This document shows, in pieces, positions 1-11,952 of a DNA stretch of 64,000 nt. The first letter of the stretch is position 1. Each line of letters opens with the position of its first letter. The notes under the pieces are model-generated. The model worked only from the letters and a program-made list of their open reading frames with translations, searched no databases and was not told where the DNA came from. Location of the stretch: NCBI RefSeq assembly GCF_009914755.1, contig NC_060931.1; one strand, given 5' to 3'. This DNA is from the human T2T-CHM13v2.0 reference genome, Homo sapiens. Position numbers and translations under genes: made by a program.

Positions 1-60
1 TTGTGTTTTGTTGTCTTTTCCCCATCTCCTGCCTACAACTTTTTTTGTTAACTTTTATAT

Positions 61-228
61 CAGTGGTCCAAAAACTCTGGCTGCATATTGTCATTACTTG
101 GGATGTTTATTTGTTAAAATGCCTGGTCTCCACCAAGCCCAGTTAAATCAGGAAGTTGAATGCCACCATCATTATATATACAGAGCTCTGCGTGTGATGC
201 TGACCCACAAGGTGGGCTGAGAACTACT
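61..228. mobile_element. MER5-like hAT-Charlie MITE, old
   Basis: Ends cagtggtcc...ggctgcatattg and tgagaactact, with MER5-type internal sequence; heavily diverged. Confidence 0.5.
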
Positions 229-339
229 CCTTTAGATGACCTCACTGCCAGAACTTATCCACTCCCTGTGGTATTACCACTACATAAGTTGCTGATTCTC
301 AGGGCTTTATATTTCTTGTCTTGTCACCTGAACTTAAGT

Positions 340-960
340 CTTGTATAGCCAGAAGTCTTCCAGAAACACCTACCTAGATGTTCAGTAGTCAACTTCTCAT
401 TTACTATTTCCAAATGAACCAAATTCTCTTTCATTCTTGAAAAATCGTCTTTGTTTCTACTGTCTTTCTAGTGGCATCACAGTCTGCTTCCAACGTCCCT
501 TATCCTTTACTCTCTCACTCAGGTAATCGTCAAATCCTTAGAAGTTAGCTGGTCCTCAAATTGGGTATCCTTTTTTCATGTAACTGCTACTGCTTTGGCA
601 CTTACCAGAAGTAACTGTCTAATGAATCTTTGGGAATCTTAGGCTGCCAGCCAATTCCAGTCTGAACCCACACCCTCATGCTTTCTACTTGTCAAAAAAC
701 AAACAAACAAACAAACAAACAAAAAACACTACTAATTCCTGATCTGCAAAACTCTTCGTAGTCCTAATCTTTCTAGCCTTGTCTCTCAGCAGCTGGCCCC
801 ATTTATAGCATACTCCTACCAAAACTATCACATATTGTCGGCATAATCCTAAACCTTTTGCATTCTCCCTTTCTGTTTTTTTTACTTCTTTTTCCCAAGC
901 AATGAATTCCTACTCATTTCTTGGGAGCCAGCTAGAAAATGCCTTCTTTCAATATGGTCA
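340..960. mobile_element. L2 LINE fragments
   Basis: Pyrimidine-rich L2-like motifs (acctagatgttc..., aattcctactcatttc...); very degenerate. Confidence 0.4.
694..727 (+). repeat. (AAAC)n microsatellite
   Basis: aaaaaacaaacaaacaaacaaacaaacaaaaaac read directly. Confidence 0.9.
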
Positions 961-1002
961 AACTGTACTTTTTACGTCTTCAGCAATGCATTTCTCTCTA
1001 AT

Positions 1003-1810
<808 letters not shown>

Positions 1811-2042
1811 AAAAAATCAGGAGTCCATGCAAATGGCACTTATGTTGTTGTATCCTAATTTACAAGACTTTTTTTATTTTCCAATCTCCTTTGGATGGAG
1901 GGACCATTTTCATTCACCTTTTTATATCCACATGGCTAATATAGTTTATAGCTCATAGTAGGTACTGAAAAGTGTTGACTAAGTGAATAATGGACTAAAA
2001 GAAGGAAAAAATACCTGTCATGCAAATATCCTGAACAGAGGG

Positions 2043-2228
2043 CAATATTTCTCAAAGTATGATCATAGACCTTCTAAACCACAATAATCAAGATGCTTGT
2101 TAAAATGCATATCCCTGGACGCTATACCAGATCTTATGAATCTGAATCTCTAGGAAAGTAGCCTGGAATACACAATCATAACAAGCTTCTCCAAAGATTA
2201 TTTTACATGCTTAAGTTTGGGAACCTGT
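2043..2228. mobile_element. MER5A-like MITE
   Basis: tttctcaaagt...gcttgttaaaatgca...tgaatctgaatctct...taacaagctt...aagtttgggaacc. Confidence 0.65.
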
Positions 2229-2921
2229 ATAGTCAGATATGTGATACACAGTAGCCTCAAAATAAGTAAATAAAAGCATAACTTTTTACAAATAATTTTA
2301 TCTCCCTGGACTTCCTTTCCTTCCTCAGTCCACACCACCATCTTCTCAATGTTGTACAGGTCTTGGAGTCTGTGTCACAAAAGAAAGTAAGACAAGGCTA
2401 ACTATATCAGAATAAAGAATGAAAATTTTTTAGGCATGCACTTACTTAGATTTGGTCCTCTGAGATACGTAATCTCTGGTTCTTGTTGACTGACTCCAAA
2501 CAAGAGAACAACTTCTGTGATCCACTTGTCTTGTGGAATACTCAAGACAGTTTTCAAGTATGATTTCTCTTTTCTTCATCTTCTCTGTCTGACCTAGGCA
2601 ATTTAAAATTTGTTTTTCAGAAATGGACTGGAGAAGGATGAAGTTGTATGAATTTGCAAAGCTAAAATGTGTTATCCTGGCACAACCCAATAGCTACATT
2701 GTCCCTGGGACAGTTTCCATCAGATATGATGGATGTCCTAAAAACAAGCCATCAAATCAGCAAACACAACAAAACAGTTGGAGGGGCAGAAAGGCAAATC
2801 AACCATTTGTTTTTGTTATTGTTTTAAAGTTTGATTTGTTTTATAACGTGAAGAATGTTCATACTTCTTGACTAGCTGAACATTGATGTTTTCATTTTTT
2901 CACTTTTAAAATGTAGACCAC

Positions 2922-3339
2922 TCCTATAGCTTGGATATTTTTCCTCCAAATCTCATGTTGAAATTTGACCCCCAGTGTTGGAGGTGGGGCCTCACGGGAG
3001 GTGTTTGGGTCATGAGAGTGGATTCCTCATGAATGTCTTGGTGCCATCCTTGTGATGGTGAGTGATCTCTCACTCTACTAGTTCCCACAGAGCTGGTTGT
3101 AAAAAAGAGTCTGGCACCTCCTTCACTCTTGTTTCCTCTCTCACCACGTGATTTCTACACACGTGTTTCCCCTTCCCCTTCTGCTATGAGTGGAAGCCAC
3201 TTGAGGCCCTCACCAGATGCAGATGCCAGCACCATGCTTCTTGTACAGCGTGCAAAACTATGAGCCAAATAAACCTCTTTTCCTTATAAATTACTCAGCC
3301 TCATGTATTCCTTTACAGCAACATAAATGTACTAAGACA
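2922..3339 (+). mobile_element. MST-type (MSTB-like) ERVL-MaLR solo LTR
   Basis: tccaaatctcatgttgaaat...ggaggtggggcct...aataaacctcttttc...actaagaca, with a perfect 5-bp TSD accac (2917-2921 / 3340-3344). Confidence 0.9.
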
Positions 3340-3840
3340 ACCACTATTCCATTCAGATATTATTTTATCCTAAATATTATAAGACACTAAAGTTTTAAAC
3401 ATGTTAAAGAAAAATTTGAGGATCCTTTCAACCAACCTCAAGAAACAAGTTATATTAAATAATTTAAAATATTTTCATTTGTTAGGAAAGATCAATATAT
3501 AATATTAATACCATGTATATATTATATATTTTTGTATGAAAATTACACTTCATCAACCTTGCAAAAAATATTATTTTTCTTACAAGTCATTTCACCTTAT
3601 CACTAAATATGAACACACCTATATTAACGTCTTGCTTTGCTGCACCAGGTTTCTAAAAGGAAAAAAATATTTCTTTACTCATATAGGAGAGTCTTTAGTA
3701 TGTATCATGAAGTCTACTGATAAGTTGAAGACAGATACAATGTCTTGGGAATTTTTGTAACCTTTATAATATGTAATAGCATTTTATACATAGTAGAAAC
3801 AATAATTCTTTTTATCTGAAAATTGAGTACTATTTTGAAG

Positions 3841-4085
3841 CAATAATGACAGCTAACAAATAAGTATATAGCTAATAAATGTTAAGTATATGGGTATCAG
3901 CACTGTTCTAATTACTTTACAATTGAACATATTTAATAACCATATGATGATGTTACTTATTATCCTCTGTCTAGAGAGAGAGGACAGGAGAAGCTAAGTA
4001 TTTTGCTCAAGGTCACACCACTATTAAGTGTAAGATCTGAAGCTCAGCATACTATCTCCAGAGCCAGCATTCTTATGTTCAGCAC
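3841..4085 (-). mobile_element. MIR SINE
   Basis: Core ttgctcaaggtcacaccactattaagtg and ctccagagcc end. Confidence 0.65.
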
Positions 4086-5639
4086 TAAATGACTTACTCT
4101 TTATTGTTTTAAAAGAAAAATTACAATGATTCACATTTAATTGAAGAATAGATTCCTTCTGAAGTTAATGTTGAAAGTCCATTCCAGTACATTGTGTGGC
4201 CTTTTCACTCTTAAAAGATTCTTTGGTGCTTATTAGAAACAGATGCAAACACTTAAAATATCCATTCACATTGTGTTTCCTTGTGATTTGCTGGAGTTAT
4301 GTCAGGTTGCCTCCCGGAGATCCATTTCTAAATGACTGTCTGATTTTATTCATCTTGCTACTTCTTTACAAACCTGCGGCTTCATGGTTCTGTTAAAGCA
4401 TGGTTGATCAGAGTTTTATTGCATCTCTTACCAACATTCTGTCTCTGCCTGTCATAGAAAGCTTTAGGGAAGCCATGAGAAGAAACTGGGTGGGGTTTTC
4501 AAAGCACAATTTCTTCAACCAAACCTGTTGGCAAGATATGATGATGGGCTAATGATAGTGCAAAGTTTATTCTCACATACTTTCAGTTGCAGAAACTATT
4601 GAGAGTTACTTAAAAGCATTTGCCTTTCAATAGATTATTTTACTTCTAAGTTATTGTTCTTCAGTAAAGTTTAGATTAATTTGACTTTCTCTTTTCACAA
4701 ATTTTGCCTTTTAACTCTTTATTTTTATTGATTGTTTAACTGTTATGTTTCATAATTTTGCATGCAGAGTGACAGGGACAGAGAAATGTCACTATGAGCC
4801 CTCAGTGTCGGTGGCAGTTCTGTGTCTCTTGTTCCTATGGATAGATTAATGACAGTATCATTTTAATATGCTTTATTTCTCTCTATGTTAGCAGGAATAA
4901 TTTGATAGGAGTGTTTTGGTTAGTCAGTGTTTCTGGTTGATAAAAATAAGATATATCATAGATTTTAGGGAATCGAAAAATAATGAGTATATACTGTGTA
5001 CCAATCCAAATATATCATTGTGGATGAATGAAAAGGTTCTTCATGGTCTTGTGGGTTTTTTTTTGGGGGGGGGTTATTTTGTTTTGTTTTTGTTTGTTTG
5101 TTTTTTGTCAAGGTTATCGTTTCGTTAAAATTTGGGAAATATTTGAGATAGTAACTAAAGAAGATATGTTTGAAATATGGTTAGGTTTATGAAATTATGT
5201 TTCTGAGTCAGTTGAGCTAAAAATGGGGAACATTCTCACGGTGAAGCCTCAGGCAGCTTCCATCCCAAAGCTACAAAACTAGACGAATTCTAATGAAAAC
5301 CTCTTTTTTAATGAAATCCTTCTAATATTTTGGCACCTGTATCCCTTAAATTACCATTTAAGGGATGTTTATGTTTAAGGGATCAGTAGCATTAACTGTA
5401 TGCTTTTATTCCATAGTATTTTTATTTATTTTTATTACTGTACTTGTACATTATCTCAATATTTCCTGTTTATGTACTCCTCCAGGAGTGAGACTTATTC
5501 TTGTATCACCTTCTGACCTGACTGGGATGACAAAACTCCAGGATCCCAACATGTTTTGTTAATGCTGGAGACACAAATTATGATATTTTATTTAACATAG
5601 GTGCTTGTGAAATAATTTAAGGTGGTGTTGCTTATTTAT

Positions 5640-6260
5640 AGAGTTTAATTTTCAGTATTAAATATAAACAGTGTCACGGCAGATTTGGAGTTATTGTGAC
5701 AATCACTTATTTTTTATGTAAATGAGCGTCTATCTGTGGGCTTTATTAGTGTTAGTATGGTTTATTGTTATGGTATGGAATAGCATTTCATTTTTTAAGG
5801 ATGCTTATGACCTTGTTAAATAGCAGTCCAAAAATCGTGTGGCTTGTTTTGATTTTAACGAAAGTTACAGCTGCCTAGCTGTAAAGCAGTCAGTTTCTCT
5901 TATTATGACTAGTTCTTCAACTTGTACTGTTTTAAATTGCCTGCAATTAGCATATTTCAACCTTATTTTTAGGTTTAAATTGCAGTGTGAGAGTGTACTC
6001 TCCTCTTAGCTAATTAGTGCTATCAAGGAACAGTAGGTTACCTCATTAGTACCATGTGCATTTAATTAAAGAAGAGAAAATTGGAGTTAACCTCATAGTT
6101 AATATTTTCACAGAGTGCTACAATGCCAACACCTTCAATTGGAGTCACACCCCTGTGTATCTAATTATGCACTGGTGCCAAATAAGGTTAGCAAGAGTAG
6201 CACAAGGCTGTTGACAAAATAATTTAGATGAAAATGTATTTGTTGAATTCTGGCAGCAAA
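5640..6260. promoter_or_regulatory. Putative conserved non-coding element / enhancer upstream of exon 3b
   Basis: Repeat-free and dense in homeodomain cores: ctaattag 6010-6017, ttaattaa 6062-6069, ctaattat 6161-6168. Conservation itself cannot be seen from one sequence. Confidence 0.55.
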
Positions 6261-7437
6261 ATACAACTTGAACAATTTCCCCCCAGTCTTCATCTGCTAG
6301 CATCAGGTGACATACTTCTTCCTAAGAAACAGAGGGAAAAGGATATTTTGGAAGCCATTTTTCCTGTTTGAATTAATGTTGCTCTTATCTTCAAGAAAAT
6401 GGCATGTAGTCATGTAAAGCATATACAATCCATTTCTTAAACATAACCTCTGAACTTCATAGATGTATTTGAAAAGAATTATTTATAAGATGTAATATTT
6501 ACATGCATCAAACCACTACAAATACTCCCTGACACCCTTAACACATCCCTCCTTGCTTTTCTTCTTTTCTGGTATAGTTATAATTTCCCTTGTGTATCTT
6601 ATGAATGGGGATCATCCTTTCATATCATACATGAAGTCTAAGGATGTGTTGTCACATGGTCTATTCAAATGCAGTGTAATCCTTTTGCCCTTCAGACAAA
6701 ATCTTTGAAATGTCTAATGCTACTTAGGTAAAAAATGACATTCCATGTCATTTATCAATAAATAATCACTTTGCTTTTACAGATAAAAATGCAAACTATA
6801 CATTTGAGTATATAGAGTAGTTTTCAATGCAAATGGTACAATTCAACAGGTTTTAACAGATATTATGGAGGTTGGTTGCATAGTCTTAGATACATTTTAG
6901 TGGCAATAATTTTTATATAATAATGCATAACCACAGCAGTTTATTTAAATAAATTATTGTGATTGTTCTCACATGACATGGTAGGACAGGATTTATGTTC
7001 ATTTGTACTGGTTACAATTGATTACAAGTCAGAGGTTTGCTTTTTCAAAATTATTGATGATTACATTTTAAGAACAAATAACATCCCATACACCAAAATT
7101 GCAGTGTCATTTAAATATATAGGAGTATTTATGATTCTTAGCTTACAAGTGGGAAGTAAGGTTCCTACAGCAGTATCATGGTACATAATCAGTGGATTTT
7201 TTGGTTATGGGTTAATTTATTATGGTCCAAATATTCAACTTCCCATCTGCCAAATTATTTCTATTTTTAAAATCTATACTGGTTAACTGTGAGACAATGA
7301 TGGAATATTCTTCCCTATTTTGACCTACCAAGATAATAATTCCAAAAAATGATTTTTAAAAATGATAATGTACGTTATTAGCACAAGCCCTAAGATTGAA
7401 AAAAAAGCCAACTCCTGATTCTCTTTGTTTAACCTAG

Positions 7438-7512
7438 GAATTGCTTCCAGAAACAAAATTATGTATCTGTGGCCACTCTTCTGGTGATGGGCATCCTCAC
7501 AACACATTTGCA
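7438..7512 (+). CDS. FOXP2: FOXP2 alternative cassette exon 3b (75 nt, phase 0/0), peptide ELLPETKLCICGHSSGDGHPHNTFA
   Basis: Acceptor ctctttgtttaacctag|GAA (AG at 7436-7437) and donor GCA|gtaagt (7513-7518). 75 nt, open in frame 0. The translation matches the 25-aa insert I recall for the long FOXP2 isoform. Too short for the ORF track. Confidence 0.93.
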
Positions 7513-8160
7513 GTAAGTTACACTGGGCAATTAGAAATTCAGCTACTAGGCACAAGGCCATGGACCCAGTCCCACTAAATAGATTATATGTGATTTTCTA
7601 TAGCCAATCCCTTCCATTGGTGCAGATAATCAAGATACAAATAATGTTAAGATACAGATGTAATTAGTTGATTTTCTCTTGCTTCTTTTGTTCTCAATTC
7701 AGTTATGTTTCACTAGATATACATTTCACAGTTTCTGTGAGTTGACTACCTTAAATATATAAAGGCTTTAACACCACTATACTTTTCTTGAACTTTTAGG
7801 AATAATTTGATGAGGGAGTGTTGATATGCAGAAAATAAATGGGCATAGATAATGAGTTGATTCAACACATATTTTAGAACAAAATTGCTGTTCCATGTTC
7901 TTCAAGTTGTCATATAAATATACCAAGGCCTTTTAAACATTCTGCCACTAGAGTGTAACTTGTCACTTTGGACTGTAATATTTGGTGAAAATTGCTTATG
8001 TGGCCCAATTCACATAGCAGTTGTCCTTGGAAATGGATAGTAATCCTCAAGTCTCCATTCAAGAATTTTTAAATAAAGCAACTTCATGTTTCTATTGAGC
8101 ATAGATTCTACCTGCATTCTTAAGAAATCTTGAAACATATAAGTCATGTATTTTCACATA

Positions 8161-8499
8161 TAGTCAGCGCTTCACAGTCATGGGTTCTGTATCTGTGGAT
8201 TCAACCAACCACAGATCCAAAATAGTTGGGGAAAAAATGGATGGTTGCATCTGTACCGAAAATTTTCATACATTTTTCTTCCTTATCATTATTCCCCAAA
8301 GAAAACATTGTAACAACTGTTTATACAGCATTTATTTTACATTAAGTATTATAAGTGAGCTAGAGATTATTTAAAGTATACAGGAGGATGTGCATAGGTT
8401 ATATGTAAATAGTACATCATTTTATATAAGGGACTTGGGCAATTATGGATTTTGGTATCTATGTGTGTCCAATCCCCTACACATACCAAAGGACTACTA
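8161..8499 (+). mobile_element. MER2 (TcMar-Tigger) MITE
   Basis: gtggattcaaccaacc...ttattccc...tttaaagtatacaggaggatgtgcataggttatatg...ggattttggtatc, with TA target dinucleotides at both ends. Confidence 0.88.
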
Positions 8500-9479
8500 T
8501 ACACAACTTTTGCTTGTTTCCTTAAGAACTGATGTATTTATTTAGGCTCAATGGGCTAGAGTATTTCTAAATTGACTCAGCCAAAATTTATTTACTTTTT
8601 ACTACTCTATACATAATATTTCCTAATTATAATTGGCGAACAACAACAAAATTAATACTCATATACAATCAATGTCTTCCTGAATGAAGAAGAAATATCT
8701 AATTTCATACTTTGGTTAAAAAGACAGAAAATGTTTTCAATAAAAATAGTGTCAAATTAATGAAAGGATATTTATGGAAAATATGAAACTTTTAAAAATG
8801 TTAGTTGCAATACAAAATAAACTCAAAAGTGGAAGCAGCAATAACATATCCTATTCTATAGAAATGGTAAATGTCAAAAAAAAAAGAAATAATGAATGTC
8901 AAGGATGGGTAATAAATGTTATATATGCTGGCTTCAGAGAGACCTGAAATTACCTGGTTTGTGGCCTCATTCACTTTAATCCTATAGTATTTGGTCCCCC
9001 TAAGCTTTTTTGTAACAACATTTGAAAGAAAAATAGCAAAAATTTAAAAATTTTGGTAAGTTTTGCTGATATGATGTAATTAAGTTTATGTGAAAGATTA
9101 AAATAATCTTAATTTCTAAGTATTCTCTGTATATTTTAAAGGAAGATAAATTTTAGGTAAACATCAAGTGCAATTATATTCTTTAACTTAATAAAGAAAA
9201 TTAACTTAAAATTACTTTTAAAAATAGTGCATTAAAAATGGGACAGTTTTCCTAATTAGTAACACTTTTTCCTAAAATAATCCCAATGGAAAAATTGTTT
9301 TCGTTAAACTGAAGAGTGAGGTGGCTTAACTGCTAATAGTGTTTGCTCTTTATCTAAAACTACTTTTACCATTTAAAACAAATCTCTGTTCTACTGATGA
9401 GAGAAAAGAAATCTATAGCATCAAAAGTTTATATTTTCACTGACATATTTTCAGAATGAAAATGAGACATGAAGAAGTG

Positions 9480-9790
9480 AAATGATTCACCAGAGGCCAT
9501 GTAATTTCTCAATGGTAAAGCTGAATTTGTTGCCCAAGTTTGTGATGACCAGTGTATTGGTCTTTCCAAAGGTATCCCAAATTGTTCTTGGCTGCTTTGA
9601 ATGCAGTGTTAAGTAGAAGTCTGAGGTTCTTCCATGTGTCTGAGACTGCATCTCATCTCTCAGATAGAAAGAGCACCAGTATGAGTTAGTGAGGTCTGGT
9701 ATGGCTGGTGGGAAAGGAGGAGCATAGCAGTGCATTTGCCATCAGATCTTTGCAATCTCTGTAGTGTGCCAATTTCATACTTCATCTTGG
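9480..9790 (-). mobile_element. Ancient non-LTR retrotransposon RT fragment (RTE/RTE-X-like)
   Basis: Minus-strand frames joined across frameshifts give SFYL(R/G)...GRTS...KAAKNNLGYLWK...KL..IQLY, resembling the F.YLG...RI.KA..AF..L...KL.TKI.LY segment of RTE-clade reverse transcriptases. Confidence 0.4.
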
Positions 9791-11754
9791 TCATTGAGTG
9801 ACTTTACAAATGGGGCTTCTTGACTTCACAACACAAGGGAAATCTTATTTAAGTAATATTAACTGCTTATTTTCCTTTATTGATTACCTTATATATAAAC
9901 TTCAGCATGCTAAAATGGCTACATAATGTGATTTAAAATCAATATACTAACCAGAAAAAATACTATATTATTCATAATTGACAATTGCTATGTGATGGAC
10001 ATGGTTCTGTTTTAGTATTCATTGCATTTATAAGTACCAATATGCCAGAGTGGTAGTCTGGAACACCGTAAGAGTACTGGTGGGCTAAAAGGAAGAAAGA
10101 GGTCAAAAAGATAGATGGGGTACCTAAAGCCTGCCATATGTTTTCATCACTATGTAACTAACATTTATAATAAATTGTGAATTATTACAATAGTTTTCAA
10201 ATGTTAAGAGACCCTACATAATGCCTATCAAAGTGTTAATTTAATGTCACACATATTATTTCTGTGGTTGATCAGCCTTCACACACACACATACAAGCCA
10301 AAATTTTCAGGCACATGTTCCAAATTGGTGGATTAAATTAATTTTTACTCTTCCTATCACACCTAATTCACTTAAAAAATAAAAATCCCTTAATTTTATT
10401 AACAAGCCTAAAGTAAAGTGCCAAAAATTGCAGGGAGAGAAAACAACTTACATTACCAAATGAAGGTTAAAGCCCAAATTATCTCAAGGAAATAATATTA
10501 CATATTTGATATTAAACAGGGGTCAAAAGCTCTTCATTATACCATCCTTTTTCAGATATAATTGTATCAATTTACTAGCAAAACGTGCAATAAAAATATT
10601 TTTTCATAGGGTTTTTTCTGGTGTCTTGGCTTATTGATAACCATCAAACATTGGCCATCCCCTGAGTATTGTACCTCTCTATTACATTGTTGAACAGTAG
10701 TGATATTTTAATGTACTCACTAATAAATTATATTTAATGTGCCTCTATCAATTCATTGCAATACTGGGCAGTAATTGTATGCACTTATCTTTATGTGAAA
10801 ATTGTGATTCTAAATTTTATCTACTTGTTGTATTTGAAGAAATATTTGGGCTCCTTCGATTGTATATTCACTATTCTAAGAGTAACAATATAATGTCCTT
10901 ATTATAACTTTGAATTTAATAGATAAAAAAGCATTAATTTCTGGCTTTAAAAAACGAGGGTATAAGAGGAAGAGAGCTTCATTGTTAGAGAATACTTTTC
11001 AATGCTTGCTTTTCACATTCAGTTTTTTCAAATAGTGTCTAGTTTAATCTGAAAAAAAAAATCTTCACTTATTTTACTTTTCTTTCAAACTTCGGTACTA
11101 GGATACATGCCTTTCTTTTTTTCCTGATTTATCAAACAGCTTTACAAATGAGTAACTCTGCCAAGATTCTAAATTTCACAATCTTTGGCTTCCTTACAAG
11201 ATAGTAACCCAAGTTCATTCACTACTCTCTAACTATACCCTGTTGGCACCTCATCTGCCTGAATGACCTCATTAACACCTATCTGCAAGTAATCTTATTG
11301 TTAGTGTTGCCTACAGGTTTTTACACCTAAGTGAATACTGTTTTACATAGGATTCTGCCAGTTAGTTCTAACTGCGAAGGCAATTATGTGGAATGCTTAG
11401 GGTCTTTGTCTTTGGCTCTTATTTTTAAAACCTTTAGCATTGAGCCAGATGAATCTTTTGATGAACAAAATGTCTTGTACCTATAATCTGAAAATGAAAC
11501 TTGCCTAGCCTTGGTATAACTGCTTTATTTTCCATTCAAATTAAATTACACTGGCCACATTTGATCTTTCTCCCTACAGGTCTTTACTATGTTTATCTCC
11601 TGAATGGTTCATTTTTAATGGGGATGCTGGGTTGGAAGAAATAAGAAAACAGGGATAGTGATGCTTTTTAAAATATCTTTTTATTTGTGTTCCAAATTCA
11701 TCTCTCTCTTGAGGCTTTACATAAATCCTACACAACACCAAATAATCCACCCTG

Positions 11755-11952
11755 TGGGCTCTACAATCAGCTTTCTGGTTTGATAACTGGGCCAGTTTCT
11801 TAACTTTGCTTTGCTTCACGTTCTCAGTCTGTAAAATTATAACAATAATACTACCTACCTCATAAGGTGGTAACGGGAATTAAATATGATAACCCTAAAA
11901 AGTACTTACCATAATGACTAACACATAGTAAACATGCAATAGATGTTGAGTC
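11755..11952 (+). mobile_element. MIR SINE
   Basis: tctcagtctgtaaaat...aataatactacctacctcataaggt...acacatagtaa. Confidence 0.8.

Noticed and set aside
7325-7561. 78-aa minus-strand ORF over exon 3b
   Set aside because: Antisense shadow of the real + strand exon.
11560-11580. Strong splice acceptor tctttctccctacag|G
   Set aside because: No convincing donor at exon-like distance.
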